Shown here piece after piece: positions 8,200-17,325 of a stretch of 39,434 nucleotides of DNA. The stretch is from the IMG/VR virus record IMGVR_UViG_3300037631_003269, positions 1 to 39,434 of that record; one strand, given 5' to 3'. Origin of the DNA: a virus. Its lineage: Duplodnaviria > Caudoviricetes. How positions within the stretch are numbered: position 1 is the stretch's first letter; each line of letters opens with the position of its first letter. Below the pieces are notes generated by a model. It was not told the origin of the DNA. It worked only from the letters and a program-made list of their open reading frames with translations, and did not search any database. Made by a program: the position numbers and the translations under genes.

Positions 8200-9931
8200 C
8201 GATTGGAAAAAAGGTGAAGACTATCCTGTTTGGGGTGATACAGATGTTTATAAAAAAACTATTACCGGTGGCTATTTAATTAATGGCGAATCACCTAAGG
8301 ATGCATATGAGCGAGTTGCTAAAACTGTAGCAAAGCGTTTATACAAGCCAGAACTGGCCGAAAAGTTTTTTGATTACATATGGAAAGGCTGGCTGTGTTT
8401 AGCTTCGCCTGTGCTATCTAATACAGGCTCAGATCGTGGATTGCCTATTAGTTGCTTCGGTATTGATGTAGCAGACAGTGTACATGATATTGGTACTAAA
8501 AATTTAGAAATGATGTTACTAGCAAAACACGGTGGGGGTGTTGGTATCGGAATTAATATGATTCGTCCCGCCGGAGCTAGAATAACAAACAATGGAACAA
8601 GTGATGGAGTGGTGCCGTTTTGCAAGATATACGATTCAACAATACTTGCCACTAATCAAGGATCTGTCAGAAGAGGAGCTGCTTCAGTTAATATCAATAT
8701 TGAACATCCCGACTTTGATGAATGGGTTGAGATCAGAGAACCTAAAGGGGATATCAATAGACAATCCCTCAACCTCCACCAGTGTGCTGTGGTCGGCGAC
8801 AAGTTTATGCGAAGACTTGAAGCGGGAAATATGGAAGCGCGAGGCAAATGGTCTAAGCTCCTCCAAAAGCGCAAAGCTACTGGAGAACCTTATATCCTTT
8901 TTAAAGGAAACACAAACAAAAATAATCCAACAGCATACAAAAAGAACAGTCTAAAAGTACATATGACTAACATTTGTAGCGAAATAGTATTGCATACAGA
9001 TGAAAGCCATAGTTTTGTTTGTTGTTTATCTTCAGTTAACTTAGATAAATATGATGAATGGAAGAATACCAATCTGATATACGACGCCACATGGTTCCTG
9101 GACGGTGTGCTAGAAGAATTTATCCAGAAGGCAAAGAATATGAAGGGATTCGAGAACTCTGTACGCAGTGCGGAAAAAGGGAGGGCTCTTGGGCTTGGTG
9201 TCCTTGGGTGGCACAGCCTGTTACAGAAAAACGGAATTGGTTTCGAAAGTTTATTAGCGCAATTCAAAACGCGAGAAATTTTTTCAAAAATAAAAATTGA
9301 AACTGAAAGAGCATCAAGAGCATTAGCTGAAACATACGGTGAACCTTTGTGGTGCGTAGGTACTGGATTTAGGAATACTCACCTTAGAGCTATTGCGCCT
9401 ACGGTATCTAATAGTAAATTAGCAGGTAATGTATCGCCGGGAATTGAACCTTGGGCTGCTAATGTATTTACAGAGCAATCTGCAAAAGGTACATTTATAC
9501 GTAAAAATAAAGAACTTAAAAAAGTATTAAGAAAAGTTGGAATCGACACTAAAGAAACTTGGGATAAAATTTTGGAAGATGGTGGATCCGTTCAAGGAAT
9601 TAAACAACTTGACGGATGGTATTACGATCACGGAGGAAGACTTAACCAAGAAGAAGGAGAATCAGTAAAAAATGTATTTAAAACATTTAAGGAAATAAAT
9701 CAATTAGAATTGATTAGACAAGCAGGAATAAGACAAGACTATATAGATCAGTCTGTAAGCTTAAATCTTGCGTTTCCGTCGGAAGCAACGCCAAGATGGC
9801 TGAATACCGTGCATTTTGAAGCTTGGAAACAAGGGGTGAAGACTTTATATTATACTAGGACAGAATCTGTATTAAGAGGTGATATAGCTGCGGCGGCTAT
9901 GGATCCTGATTGTTTAAGTTGTGACGGTTAA
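8189..9931 (+). CDS. nrdA: Class I ribonucleotide reductase alpha subunit (no ATP cone)
   Basis: ASPVLSN, ISCF, GGGVG, RRGA, GEPY, TNICSEI, CCLSS, APTVSNS, IDQSVSLN, KTLYY, terminal CLSC. Confidence 0.95.
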   Translation: MWNSDWKKGEDYPVWGDTDVYKKTITGGYLINGESPKDAYERVAKTVAKRLYKPELAEKFFDYIWKGWLCLASPVLSNTGSDRGLPISCFGIDVADSVHDIGTKNLEMMLLAKHGGGVGIGINMIRPAGARITNNGTSDGVVPFCKIYDSTILATNQGSVRRGAASVNINIEHPDFDEWVEIREPKGDINRQSLNLHQCAVVGDKFMRRLEAGNMEARGKWSKLLQKRKATGEPYILFKGNTNKNNPTAYKKNSLKVHMTNICSEIVLHTDESHSFVCCLSSVNLDKYDEWKNTNLIYDATWFLDGVLEEFIQKAKNMKGFENSVRSAEKGRALGLGVLGWHSLLQKNGIGFESLLAQFKTREIFSKIKIETERASRALAETYGEPLWCVGTGFRNTHLRAIAPTVSNSKLAGNVSPGIEPWAANVFTEQSAKGTFIRKNKELKKVLRKVGIDTKETWDKILEDGGSVQGIKQLDGWYYDHGGRLNQEEGESVKNVFKTFKEINQLELIRQAGIRQDYIDQSVSLNLAFPSEATPRWLNTVHFEAWKQGVKTLYYTRTESVLRGDIAAAAMDPDCLSCDG

Positions 9932-10278
9932 TACGTCCAGATAGTTGTTTCAGGCGCATTAGGATAGCCAATTCCAACGTGTACAAAATTACTTTTACGC
10001 GATATTCCTATGCGTCTGAATCCAACTTTAATAGCTGCACTTACTAAATTAAATGTATTTTCACCGCCAGCGCATTTAATATCTACAGCAGCGCCATATG
10101 TGTGCTCACCTGGTTTGCTTTTTACAATTTCTACAGGATGAGAAGCAGATCTATATGAAGAATTAAGAATAATAGGTTGGCCATATTCTTCACGAAGCTC
10201 GTCAAGCATGGTTAACAATTTGGGATCCATTTTATCTATATTCCCTTTAAAATCATCTTTGTCGTTAAAATATTTCAT
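9928..10278 (-). CDS. Peptidase M15A-like endolysin
   Basis: LDELRE..G.PI..NSSYRS..H, HTYGAAVDI, FVHV. Confidence 0.85.
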   Translation of the reverse strand: MKYFNDKDDFKGNIDKMDPKLLTMLDELREEYGQPIILNSSYRSASHPVEIVKSKPGEHTYGAAVDIKCAGGENTFNLVSAAIKVGFRRIGISRKSNFVHVGIGYPNAPETTIWTY

Positions 10279-10553
10279 TTTTCACCACATTTTTTACTAG
10301 GATTAGCTACTTGCCTCCAGTCTTCTTTTTGAAACCAATCACGCAGTGTACCGCCTTTTGTGCTTGCGCCTTTTACGTTTGTTTTAGAGTCTCTTTTGTA
10401 CTTACCGGCTTTCCCCGCTTTTCTTTTAGCACGTACAACTTTACCTTTTTCAGCTTTACTCATGCTGCGTATTTTAGCAAGAGGTAGGCAGGCTTTTGTC
10501 GTGCCACCACCTTTTTGTTTTTGAAACGGAGAATTGTTTTGTTCGAATGACAT
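10275..10553 (-). CDS. Small basic protein (92 aa)
   Basis: Lys/Arg-rich; ACLP and LRDWFQKEDW..CG motifs; ATGA overlap with endolysin. Confidence 0.75.
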   Translation of the reverse strand: MSFEQNNSPFQKQKGGGTTKACLPLAKIRSMSKAEKGKVVRAKRKAGKAGKYKRDSKTNVKGASTKGGTLRDWFQKEDWRQVANPSKKCGEK

Positions 10554-10555
10554 AG

Positions 10556-10681
10556 TTATTTCTTTTTAGGTGTGTGATTATAACCTAATTTTTTGAGCCT
10601 GTTGTGATCAGCCATAGTTTTAGCTGTTTTAACTATGCCAGTTTTACTGTACATTTTGTGTACTTTAAATTTTTTTGCCAT
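10556..10681 (-). CDS. 41-aa basic protein (not in track)
   Basis: MAKKFKVHKMYSKTGIVKTAKTMADHNRLKKLGYNHTPKKK; 2-nt gaps to both neighbours. Confidence 0.75.
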   Translation of the reverse strand: MAKKFKVHKMYSKTGIVKTAKTMADHNRLKKLGYNHTPKKK

Positions 10682-10683
10682 AA

Positions 10684-10839
10684 TTATTTCTTTTTTGATT
10701 TACCCATTTTACCTGGCCCGCCGGCAGAAGTACATCGCACACCCCACCCTGAAGCATAAGCAGATGGCCATACTTTAAATTTTCTTTTTGCTGCGGATTT
10801 GCAAGGCCCGCTAATTTTTGCATACAACGGTGATTCCAT
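10684..10839 (-). CDS. 51-aa basic protein with KFKVWPSAYASG motif (not in track)
   Basis: MESPLYAKISGPCKSAAKRKFKVWPSAYASGWGVRCTSAGGPGKMGKSKKK; tiles the gap exactly. Confidence 0.75.
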   Translation of the reverse strand: MESPLYAKISGPCKSAAKRKFKVWPSAYASGWGVRCTSAGGPGKMGKSKKK

Positions 10840-10840
10840 A

Positions 10841-13800
10841 TTATCTAGTTTTAAATTCTCTTTGTTTACCCCTGGTTCTAATTTTTCTTTGTTTACCTCT
10901 AGTCTTTTTTGGTTTTGGCTGTTGTATTCCTAATTCCCATTCAGACCATCCCGCTATTAGCATCATTCTTTGTAAACCTGTAATATCTTCTCTTGTTGAG
11001 TTTCTAACATTATCTACTTTTTTAATAACTCTATCAAGCGGGACATTTACAGAAGCAGATATAACATTTGCGCCAGCCATATATGCTGGATTATCTAAAC
11101 TAAATCCTTTTTTGCGCATTTCATCTTTGTTCCATTCATATGATTTAAAAGCACTTCTTATTTTTTGAGCTTTAGATTGAACAGGTGGAGATACACCTAG
11201 CAGCTGTATTACAGCAGTTTCAGCATAATCTGGTCGACTTTTTTCTGATTCTTTTATAATTCTCATTAAAGTATTTTTTAATGTTGAAGCAATAGCTCCG
11301 TAAACACCAATACCTCTAAGCAGCCCATCAGCCATTCCATTCGCAACGTCTAAATACTTTTCTTCTTTTTTCTTTTCATCTTCATCATCATCACCAAAGG
11401 CTAAAGCAAATACAGCTTTTTGAAGCATGTTAAATATAAGATTTTGCACTGCTCCGTAATAAATAAGCTTAGATATATTTGTTTTAGCATCCCCACGGCC
11501 ATTTATAAGATCACTAGCAGCTTTTTTAGTTAATCTAGCATATTGCGCCGGTGTATTTGCAAAAGCTAATATGGTGCGTCCTAAAGGACCCGCTTGTTGT
11601 GCACTAATTCTATCAGGTCTTGAAGACTGTTGTGATTCTTCGGCAATTTCTCTAAAATCTTGTAATGCTTTTTCTTGCGCATCGGCTTCCGTTAAGCCTT
11701 GCTTTATGTAAGATTTAATTCTATTTCTATAAAATGTAGCGCCCCCTGATGCAATTGCAAAGCTATCTGCCATTTGTGTAGGTAAAAATCCTGCTTGAAG
11801 TATTTTGCTTACAACTCCACGGGCTCCGCCTTTAGTTGCTGCTTCAGCTATTTCAGATTCACTTACATTAAATCTTAAACCACCGCGCCTTTCTTTTAAA
11901 AAATCAGAGTTAAATAAAAACTTAAAGTCTTTCCAATATTGTGGTTGATTAGCAAAAGCTTTTCCAGCCTTGTAAAGATTATTATCACTCCAATTAATAA
12001 AGTTAATAGACGATAAAGTTTGAAGCACTGCTGATCTAGTATTAAAAAACATAATAGCACCAACGGAATTATTTAACCAATCTGTAAATCTGCCAGCAAG
12101 TGAATCACTTGTAAACGGCTTATTTCTACCGGTTTTCATTCTTTGAAGTATATTTTCTAATGCTTTTCTATATGGCTTTCCAAATGCAGCTTCAAGCTTA
12201 TTCATATTTTCTTCAGAAAATATTTCATCTACATTAGTTTGCCATTGCTCTAAATACTTTTTTCTTTTAATAGAATTTACACTATCTAATAAATCAGTAG
12301 TTATTGTTCCGTTTAACCATCCTTCTTTAGGCGCAGAATATTGATCACCTTTTTGTATTGCTATAAGCTGATCAGCAAACAATTTAAGCTCTGGACTATT
12401 GTTTACATAATCAACTAGTTCTTTTTGATCTGTTTTAAATAAACCTGGTATATTATTGCCTTGCTCATTCCATATATAAGTTCTTACAGCTTGTTCTTTT
12501 GTATATTCATCAAAACCTTTTTTCTTAAGATTCTTAGGTATAATTTTTAAATCATTTTTAAGTGTTTTATAATCTTCAAACATGGCTACGCGGGCGGCAG
12601 ATATATCATTCATTGCTCGAGCATAAGGATTTAATAGATTATCTTTATACCATTGCATTTGCCTATCGCCTACTTTACCTTTGGCTAGTGTTTTATATAT
12701 AAGACCTATAAAGTCTTCGGCACTAGGCGGAATAAAGAAATTAAATTTACCTTTACTTGCCCCTCTTACTTCTGCTTTAGCTGGTGAAAATCTTTTATAT
12801 GTTGCAATTCCAGTTTTAGCTTCAATAATATCATTAAAATCTTCGTTTAATCTTTGTGATTTACTATATTGTTTTCTAGCTTCGCTGGCTTTATCATCCA
12901 GCTCTTGCATGCGAGTCAACACTTCTGCATTAGTAAGTGCTCCTTCTAATTGTAAAGATTTAGGTAATTTTTTATTATTTTTTGCGGCGGCTTTAGAAAT
13001 AGATTTACTTAAAGCTTGTTGGCCTTTAACTTCTTTGCCCTCAGAATTAATGCCTAATTCTTCTCCAAAAGAAATTTTACCAGTGCCGTTTTCTTTTATA
13101 AAAATTATATTATTTGGATCTATGCCTCCGTTAATTGCCGCTACTTTAGAGTTAAAATACCTTTGCCACCAATTAGTCCATGAATCATCAAATGCATTTT
13201 TATACCCCGCTTTATCTAATTTTGTATTATTTTCGGGGCTTATAGCAATTATAAAGTAATTTTTCTTAACTCTTTTAAATTCTTTATCAAAGGTGGGGCT
13301 AGTTTCTTTATTGTTACGATCTGTTAAAATTGCACGCATCAAAGCTCTATATGCATTAGTAGATTGCATAGCGTGCTCATAATATAATTTTTTTGAACCT
13401 GGTTCGTATCCTATTATAGGCGCTCCCATTCTATGCGGATTTGTAGGCTCATTAATAGAATTAGATAAAAAATAAGTTATTGGAATAGCTAAATCAGGAT
13501 TTTCTTTAATAGCTTGATTAATATCTTTCCACATTTTATCAAAAACCTTAGAATGTTTTTTATTATAAGCTGCTAATTTTCCAGATGTAATACTTTTTAT
13601 AAATTTTTCAACAGTATTACCAATAGCCTGAGTTGGCTTTGTTCTTCCCTCTGTTACACGAGCAGCTAATATTTTATCTTTTTTAAGTTGAGCTAGTTGT
13701 ACCCTAAGATATTCGGCTACTTTTGTGTCTTTAATAATTTTATCCGGAAATTGTAATACGCTAGAATTTAATAACTTATAATCATTTGTATTAAAAATAG

Positions 13801-16800
13801 AAGCAAGCTGTTTTATATCATTTATATACCTATCTACATCGGTATTTTTTTCCATGGGATAAGCTTCAATTCCAAAATCTGAAAGTAACGTTTGATCTGG
13901 TTTACTTAAACTAAATAAAATTGCACTCCCTTTGCCGGTTTCAATATCAGTTTTTTGTTGAGGAGTTAAGTTTTTTTGCAGTCTCACCTCTTGATTTGTA
14001 GCAAATTTAGCAAGTACATTAATTAAACCTTTAGCTGTTTGAGCTTGTTTATCTCTAGGCCCAGCGGTTCTTTTCCCATCAATTATACCTATAGCTTTTA
14101 AAATTGAATCGTTATTAATGCCTTTTAATTTTTTATAAGCAATTAACCCAGCTTTTTTAGTGCCTCTTGCTAATCTTTCGTATAAGTTAATGTTTTTTAA
14201 CACATTATTTGGCACACCAGTTGCAGTGCCTATAAGGCTTTCACTAACTGGAGCGCCTTCTAAAACAGCTGCTTCAGGCAAAACTTGTCTAATTAAGTCT
14301 ATGTTTTCTTCAATAAAACTTATTACTTTACCAAGCTCCGCCTGCGTAAAATTAGAGCTGCCAGCAAACTTTTTAGCAGGTATTCCAATAGCTTTTGCGA
14401 AAACTTTTATTGCAGCGTTGGGTAACGTCTTAAAGGTAAGTTGGTCTTCGGTTAAATTTAAATCTGCAACAGCTTCTTTAAGCTCTTGTTTTTCTTTTTC
14501 ATTAAGAATACTACTAACTAGCTTTTTACCCTGCTCAGGGGCTACTTTAGCTGTTTCAGTTGGCTCTATTGCAATATCAGCTGTTTCAGTTATATCTAAA
14601 GTTATACCAGGCCCACCAAATTCCTCTGTTGATTCAATACCTAATTCTTTAGCTAAAGAGTTTGCTCTTAAATACCCTCGGTTAACAATAAAAGCCTCAA
14701 GATCTTGCTTACCTTGTGTAAACTCATTAACAGCCATAGTAGCTAAATTACTTTTTAAAGATTCTCTATAATCTTCTCTACTTACATTTTCTTTTTGTTC
14801 TGCAGCTATTTTGTCGTATAAAGCTTTTGTCCTATTTTCAGCAACTTTTGAAATAACAGGGTCTATTATATTTAATAGTTCCCCTTGTAGTCTTTGTTCT
14901 CTAGCGCTAGGAGTATATTCTTTGCCAAGGCTTTCAGCAACAGCTGTAGTTTTTTCTTTTAATTTTTGTAATTCTACAATTTTATTTTCGGCATCTGTAG
15001 TAACTTCTGGAGTTAAACTTTTAGACAGTTCTTGCTCCCCCTGTACTATGCCTTTAGTTACCGCTGGATCTACATTTATTTGACCCTTTTTAATATTTTT
15101 TTGATAATCTTTTATAAAATTATAAACTTGTTTGCCGTCTTTAAATTCAATATTAGCAAATCCTTTTTCTTTTAGTATATTAGTTAAGTAATCCTTTAAT
15201 TTAGTAAATAAATTTTCATTATAAGTTATTTCGTTTTTACCAATAGCATCAGAAAAAGCTGTTAAATATTCTTCATTATAAAAATCTTCTTTAAATTCAA
15301 TTAAAACTTTGCCGTCTTTATTAGTAATAGTATTTAATATATTTTCTTCAGTAATCTCTTTATTGCTTTTATCTTTTAAAGCGTCTTGATATTCTTTTTC
15401 ATTATTAAAAGAACTATATCTGTAATTATCATTTATTCTTTTTTGTATTATATTGAATTCTTTAGTAGATAAATTATTTTTAAATTCATTAATTATTTTA
15501 TTTTTCTGATCTTTATTTGAAAAAGAACTTCTTAAGATTTTATGTAACAATTCATGGCTACCAACAGTAACAGCCCTGGTTTTTGCCGCTTGCTCTTTGT
15601 TAATTACAATTTTGCCTTCTTCTGTAATAAATCCGTCTGCTTCAAAATCAACGCTGGGGTATGCTTTTTTAAATTCATCAATAGTTTCATAAATTTCTAA
15701 ATCTTCTTCTCCCACAACTTTTGCTATAACATCCGCTTCTTTTTGAATCATTATAGCATGTATCCTGTTTTGAGATTTGTTATAAACGCTTTGGTAGCCT
15801 TTTAATGCAGCTGTATATTGTTTTTGATTTATATCTCCGCTTTCTAATTCTTGATTTAACTTATCTACTTTGGCGGCTTGAGCCAACGCTAAATCACCCG
15901 CAGAATTTATTTCCGTAATTTCTTGTTCTGATAATTGTTCTACTTTAGAATTATTTTCTTCAACAATTTTTCGAAGTCGTTCTTTAGAAGAATCTATACT
16001 TTCTTTAATTCCTTCTTTTACAGTAACACTTCTTGCTCTATTATATTGACGTGTTTTTTCAGATATAACATTTAATTCATTATCAATTTCAGCGGATTGA
16101 CTAGGAGTTCTAGAGTTGTTGCTCGCTAAAAGCATACCACTCCCCTTAATTCCAGCACCACCAAACGCGCCTTGTAGTCCAGATTCAAAACCTTGTTGAG
16201 AAAAAACAGAATCTATAAAAGTATTTGCAGCTTCAGATGAATCGCCTGTTTCTCCTAATTTATTATTAAATTCTTCAGCTCCATATTGAAACATTTCTGT
16301 TAACGCTTCAGTGCCACTAGCATTTATAAGCTTCATTGTTTTAGCCCCAAAAGCTTTACGAAGCACATTGTTAGCTATTTTTGCTTTAGTTTCTTTACCA
16401 ATAAGTTCTCTAAGACCGGTATTTTCAGCCCAGCCTTGCAAAAATCCAATGCCCACGGGAATAGCCACCTCAGCTTCATCGTCTTTAATTAATTGATTAA
16501 GCGATTTTCCTTTTCTTTTAGCCAGCCCTTTATTATAATTCACATAATTGTCTGCTGCATAGTCAAAAACAAAACCAGTTCCCCCTGTAAACATACCATA
16601 TAACGCACTTCCAATTGCATTTATAAAAGAACTAGCTATTGCAGCTCCTCCTTTTAAAATTTCACCCTCTTTAAAACTTTCAATTATTTCTAATGTTGGT
16701 TTTTTTTCAGCTTTTTGTTTTTCTCTTTCGGCTATTTTTTCTAATATTTCTTCTTGAGAACTTAATCCTGAAGTTAAAAACTCGCTATCTTTGTTTTCTT

Positions 16801-17320
16801 TAATAAATTCTTGAACGTCTTGTTCACCAAACATGTAATTAGCAATAGTAGCAGAGGCTATGTCCATAGCAGCTGAATCACCAGAATAAAATTCTCCTAT
16901 ATTTTCTACATCTTCGCCTAGATTAGATAATGCATTTTTAATTGATTCATAACCTGACAACTCTGCAGTTTCCTGAATATTATTTTCTAATGCTTCAACT
17001 TTTTTAATAGGATCTTCATAAGGCTCAGCATCTGTAAAAACACTTAAGAACCCAGCAACCTCTTCTTTAGGTAAATCATAAATTTTACCATCAACTTTAT
17101 ACGTTGTAGGTAATTCCAAAGAAGTATCTACCGGCTCTGATACCATATTGTCGAGCGCTACATTTTCCTCCACAGGCGCACTCTCTTCCGGTGAAGGTAT
17201 TGACTTTTCCACAGTTTCGTCTTCTTCAACTATTACTGCATCTGGAAATTCATTTAAAAATCCTTGGACTTCTTCTTCAGGAAGATCGTAGATTTTACCA
17301 TTTACTTGATATGAAACCAT
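10841..17320 (-). CDS. Giant putative ejection/polyvalent protein with zincin domain (2159 aa)
   Basis: Last of three genes after the tail module; HELLH..EEY motif; helical, hydrophobic C-terminal region. Confidence 0.75.
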   Translation of the reverse strand: MVSYQVNGKIYDLPEEEVQGFLNEFPDAVIVEEDETVEKSIPSPEESAPVEENVALDNMVSEPVDTSLELPTTYKVDGKIYDLPKEEVAGFLSVFTDAEPYEDPIKKVEALENNIQETAELSGYESIKNALSNLGEDVENIGEFYSGDSAAMDIASATIANYMFGEQDVQEFIKENKDSEFLTSGLSSQEEILEKIAEREKQKAEKKPTLEIIESFKEGEILKGGAAIASSFINAIGSALYGMFTGGTGFVFDYAADNYVNYNKGLAKRKGKSLNQLIKDDEAEVAIPVGIGFLQGWAENTGLRELIGKETKAKIANNVLRKAFGAKTMKLINASGTEALTEMFQYGAEEFNNKLGETGDSSEAANTFIDSVFSQQGFESGLQGAFGGAGIKGSGMLLASNNSRTPSQSAEIDNELNVISEKTRQYNRARSVTVKEGIKESIDSSKERLRKIVEENNSKVEQLSEQEITEINSAGDLALAQAAKVDKLNQELESGDINQKQYTAALKGYQSVYNKSQNRIHAIMIQKEADVIAKVVGEEDLEIYETIDEFKKAYPSVDFEADGFITEEGKIVINKEQAAKTRAVTVGSHELLHKILRSSFSNKDQKNKIINEFKNNLSTKEFNIIQKRINDNYRYSSFNNEKEYQDALKDKSNKEITEENILNTITNKDGKVLIEFKEDFYNEEYLTAFSDAIGKNEITYNENLFTKLKDYLTNILKEKGFANIEFKDGKQVYNFIKDYQKNIKKGQINVDPAVTKGIVQGEQELSKSLTPEVTTDAENKIVELQKLKEKTTAVAESLGKEYTPSAREQRLQGELLNIIDPVISKVAENRTKALYDKIAAEQKENVSREDYRESLKSNLATMAVNEFTQGKQDLEAFIVNRGYLRANSLAKELGIESTEEFGGPGITLDITETADIAIEPTETAKVAPEQGKKLVSSILNEKEKQELKEAVADLNLTEDQLTFKTLPNAAIKVFAKAIGIPAKKFAGSSNFTQAELGKVISFIEENIDLIRQVLPEAAVLEGAPVSESLIGTATGVPNNVLKNINLYERLARGTKKAGLIAYKKLKGINNDSILKAIGIIDGKRTAGPRDKQAQTAKGLINVLAKFATNQEVRLQKNLTPQQKTDIETGKGSAILFSLSKPDQTLLSDFGIEAYPMEKNTDVDRYINDIKQLASIFNTNDYKLLNSSVLQFPDKIIKDTKVAEYLRVQLAQLKKDKILAARVTEGRTKPTQAIGNTVEKFIKSITSGKLAAYNKKHSKVFDKMWKDINQAIKENPDLAIPITYFLSNSINEPTNPHRMGAPIIGYEPGSKKLYYEHAMQSTNAYRALMRAILTDRNNKETSPTFDKEFKRVKKNYFIIAISPENNTKLDKAGYKNAFDDSWTNWWQRYFNSKVAAINGGIDPNNIIFIKENGTGKISFGEELGINSEGKEVKGQQALSKSISKAAAKNNKKLPKSLQLEGALTNAEVLTRMQELDDKASEARKQYSKSQRLNEDFNDIIEAKTGIATYKRFSPAKAEVRGASKGKFNFFIPPSAEDFIGLIYKTLAKGKVGDRQMQWYKDNLLNPYARAMNDISAARVAMFEDYKTLKNDLKIIPKNLKKKGFDEYTKEQAVRTYIWNEQGNNIPGLFKTDQKELVDYVNNSPELKLFADQLIAIQKGDQYSAPKEGWLNGTITTDLLDSVNSIKRKKYLEQWQTNVDEIFSEENMNKLEAAFGKPYRKALENILQRMKTGRNKPFTSDSLAGRFTDWLNNSVGAIMFFNTRSAVLQTLSSINFINWSDNNLYKAGKAFANQPQYWKDFKFLFNSDFLKERRGGLRFNVSESEIAEAATKGGARGVVSKILQAGFLPTQMADSFAIASGGATFYRNRIKSYIKQGLTEADAQEKALQDFREIAEESQQSSRPDRISAQQAGPLGRTILAFANTPAQYARLTKKAASDLINGRGDAKTNISKLIYYGAVQNLIFNMLQKAVFALAFGDDDEDEKKKEEKYLDVANGMADGLLRGIGVYGAIASTLKNTLMRIIKESEKSRPDYAETAVIQLLGVSPPVQSKAQKIRSAFKSYEWNKDEMRKKGFSLDNPAYMAGANVISASVNVPLDRVIKKVDNVRNSTREDITGLQRMMLIAGWSEWELGIQQPKPKKTRGKQRKIRTRGKQREFKTR
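17027..17311 (-). repeat. Duplicated 25-aa module at the N-terminus of the giant protein
   Basis: YQVNGKIYDLPEEEVQGFLNEFPDA (aa 4-28) vs YKVDGKIYDLPKEEVAGFLSVFTDA (aa 74-98). Confidence 0.9.
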
Positions 17321-17325
17321 GAATA

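Noticed and set aside
2413-9300. Alternate-frame and antisense ORFs inside primase, thyA, mazG, nrdB and nrdA
   Set aside because: Fully nested in well-supported genes with no motifs
12681-16496. Long + strand ORFs (192, 203, 90, 61 aa)
   Set aside because: Antisense shadows of the giant gene with Ser/Leu/Phe-biased composition; same for 22538, 29501, 30987, 31804, 34859 and 39045
10841-17320. crAss-like virion RNA polymerase
   Set aside because: No catalytic DxDxD motif in a plausible context was found
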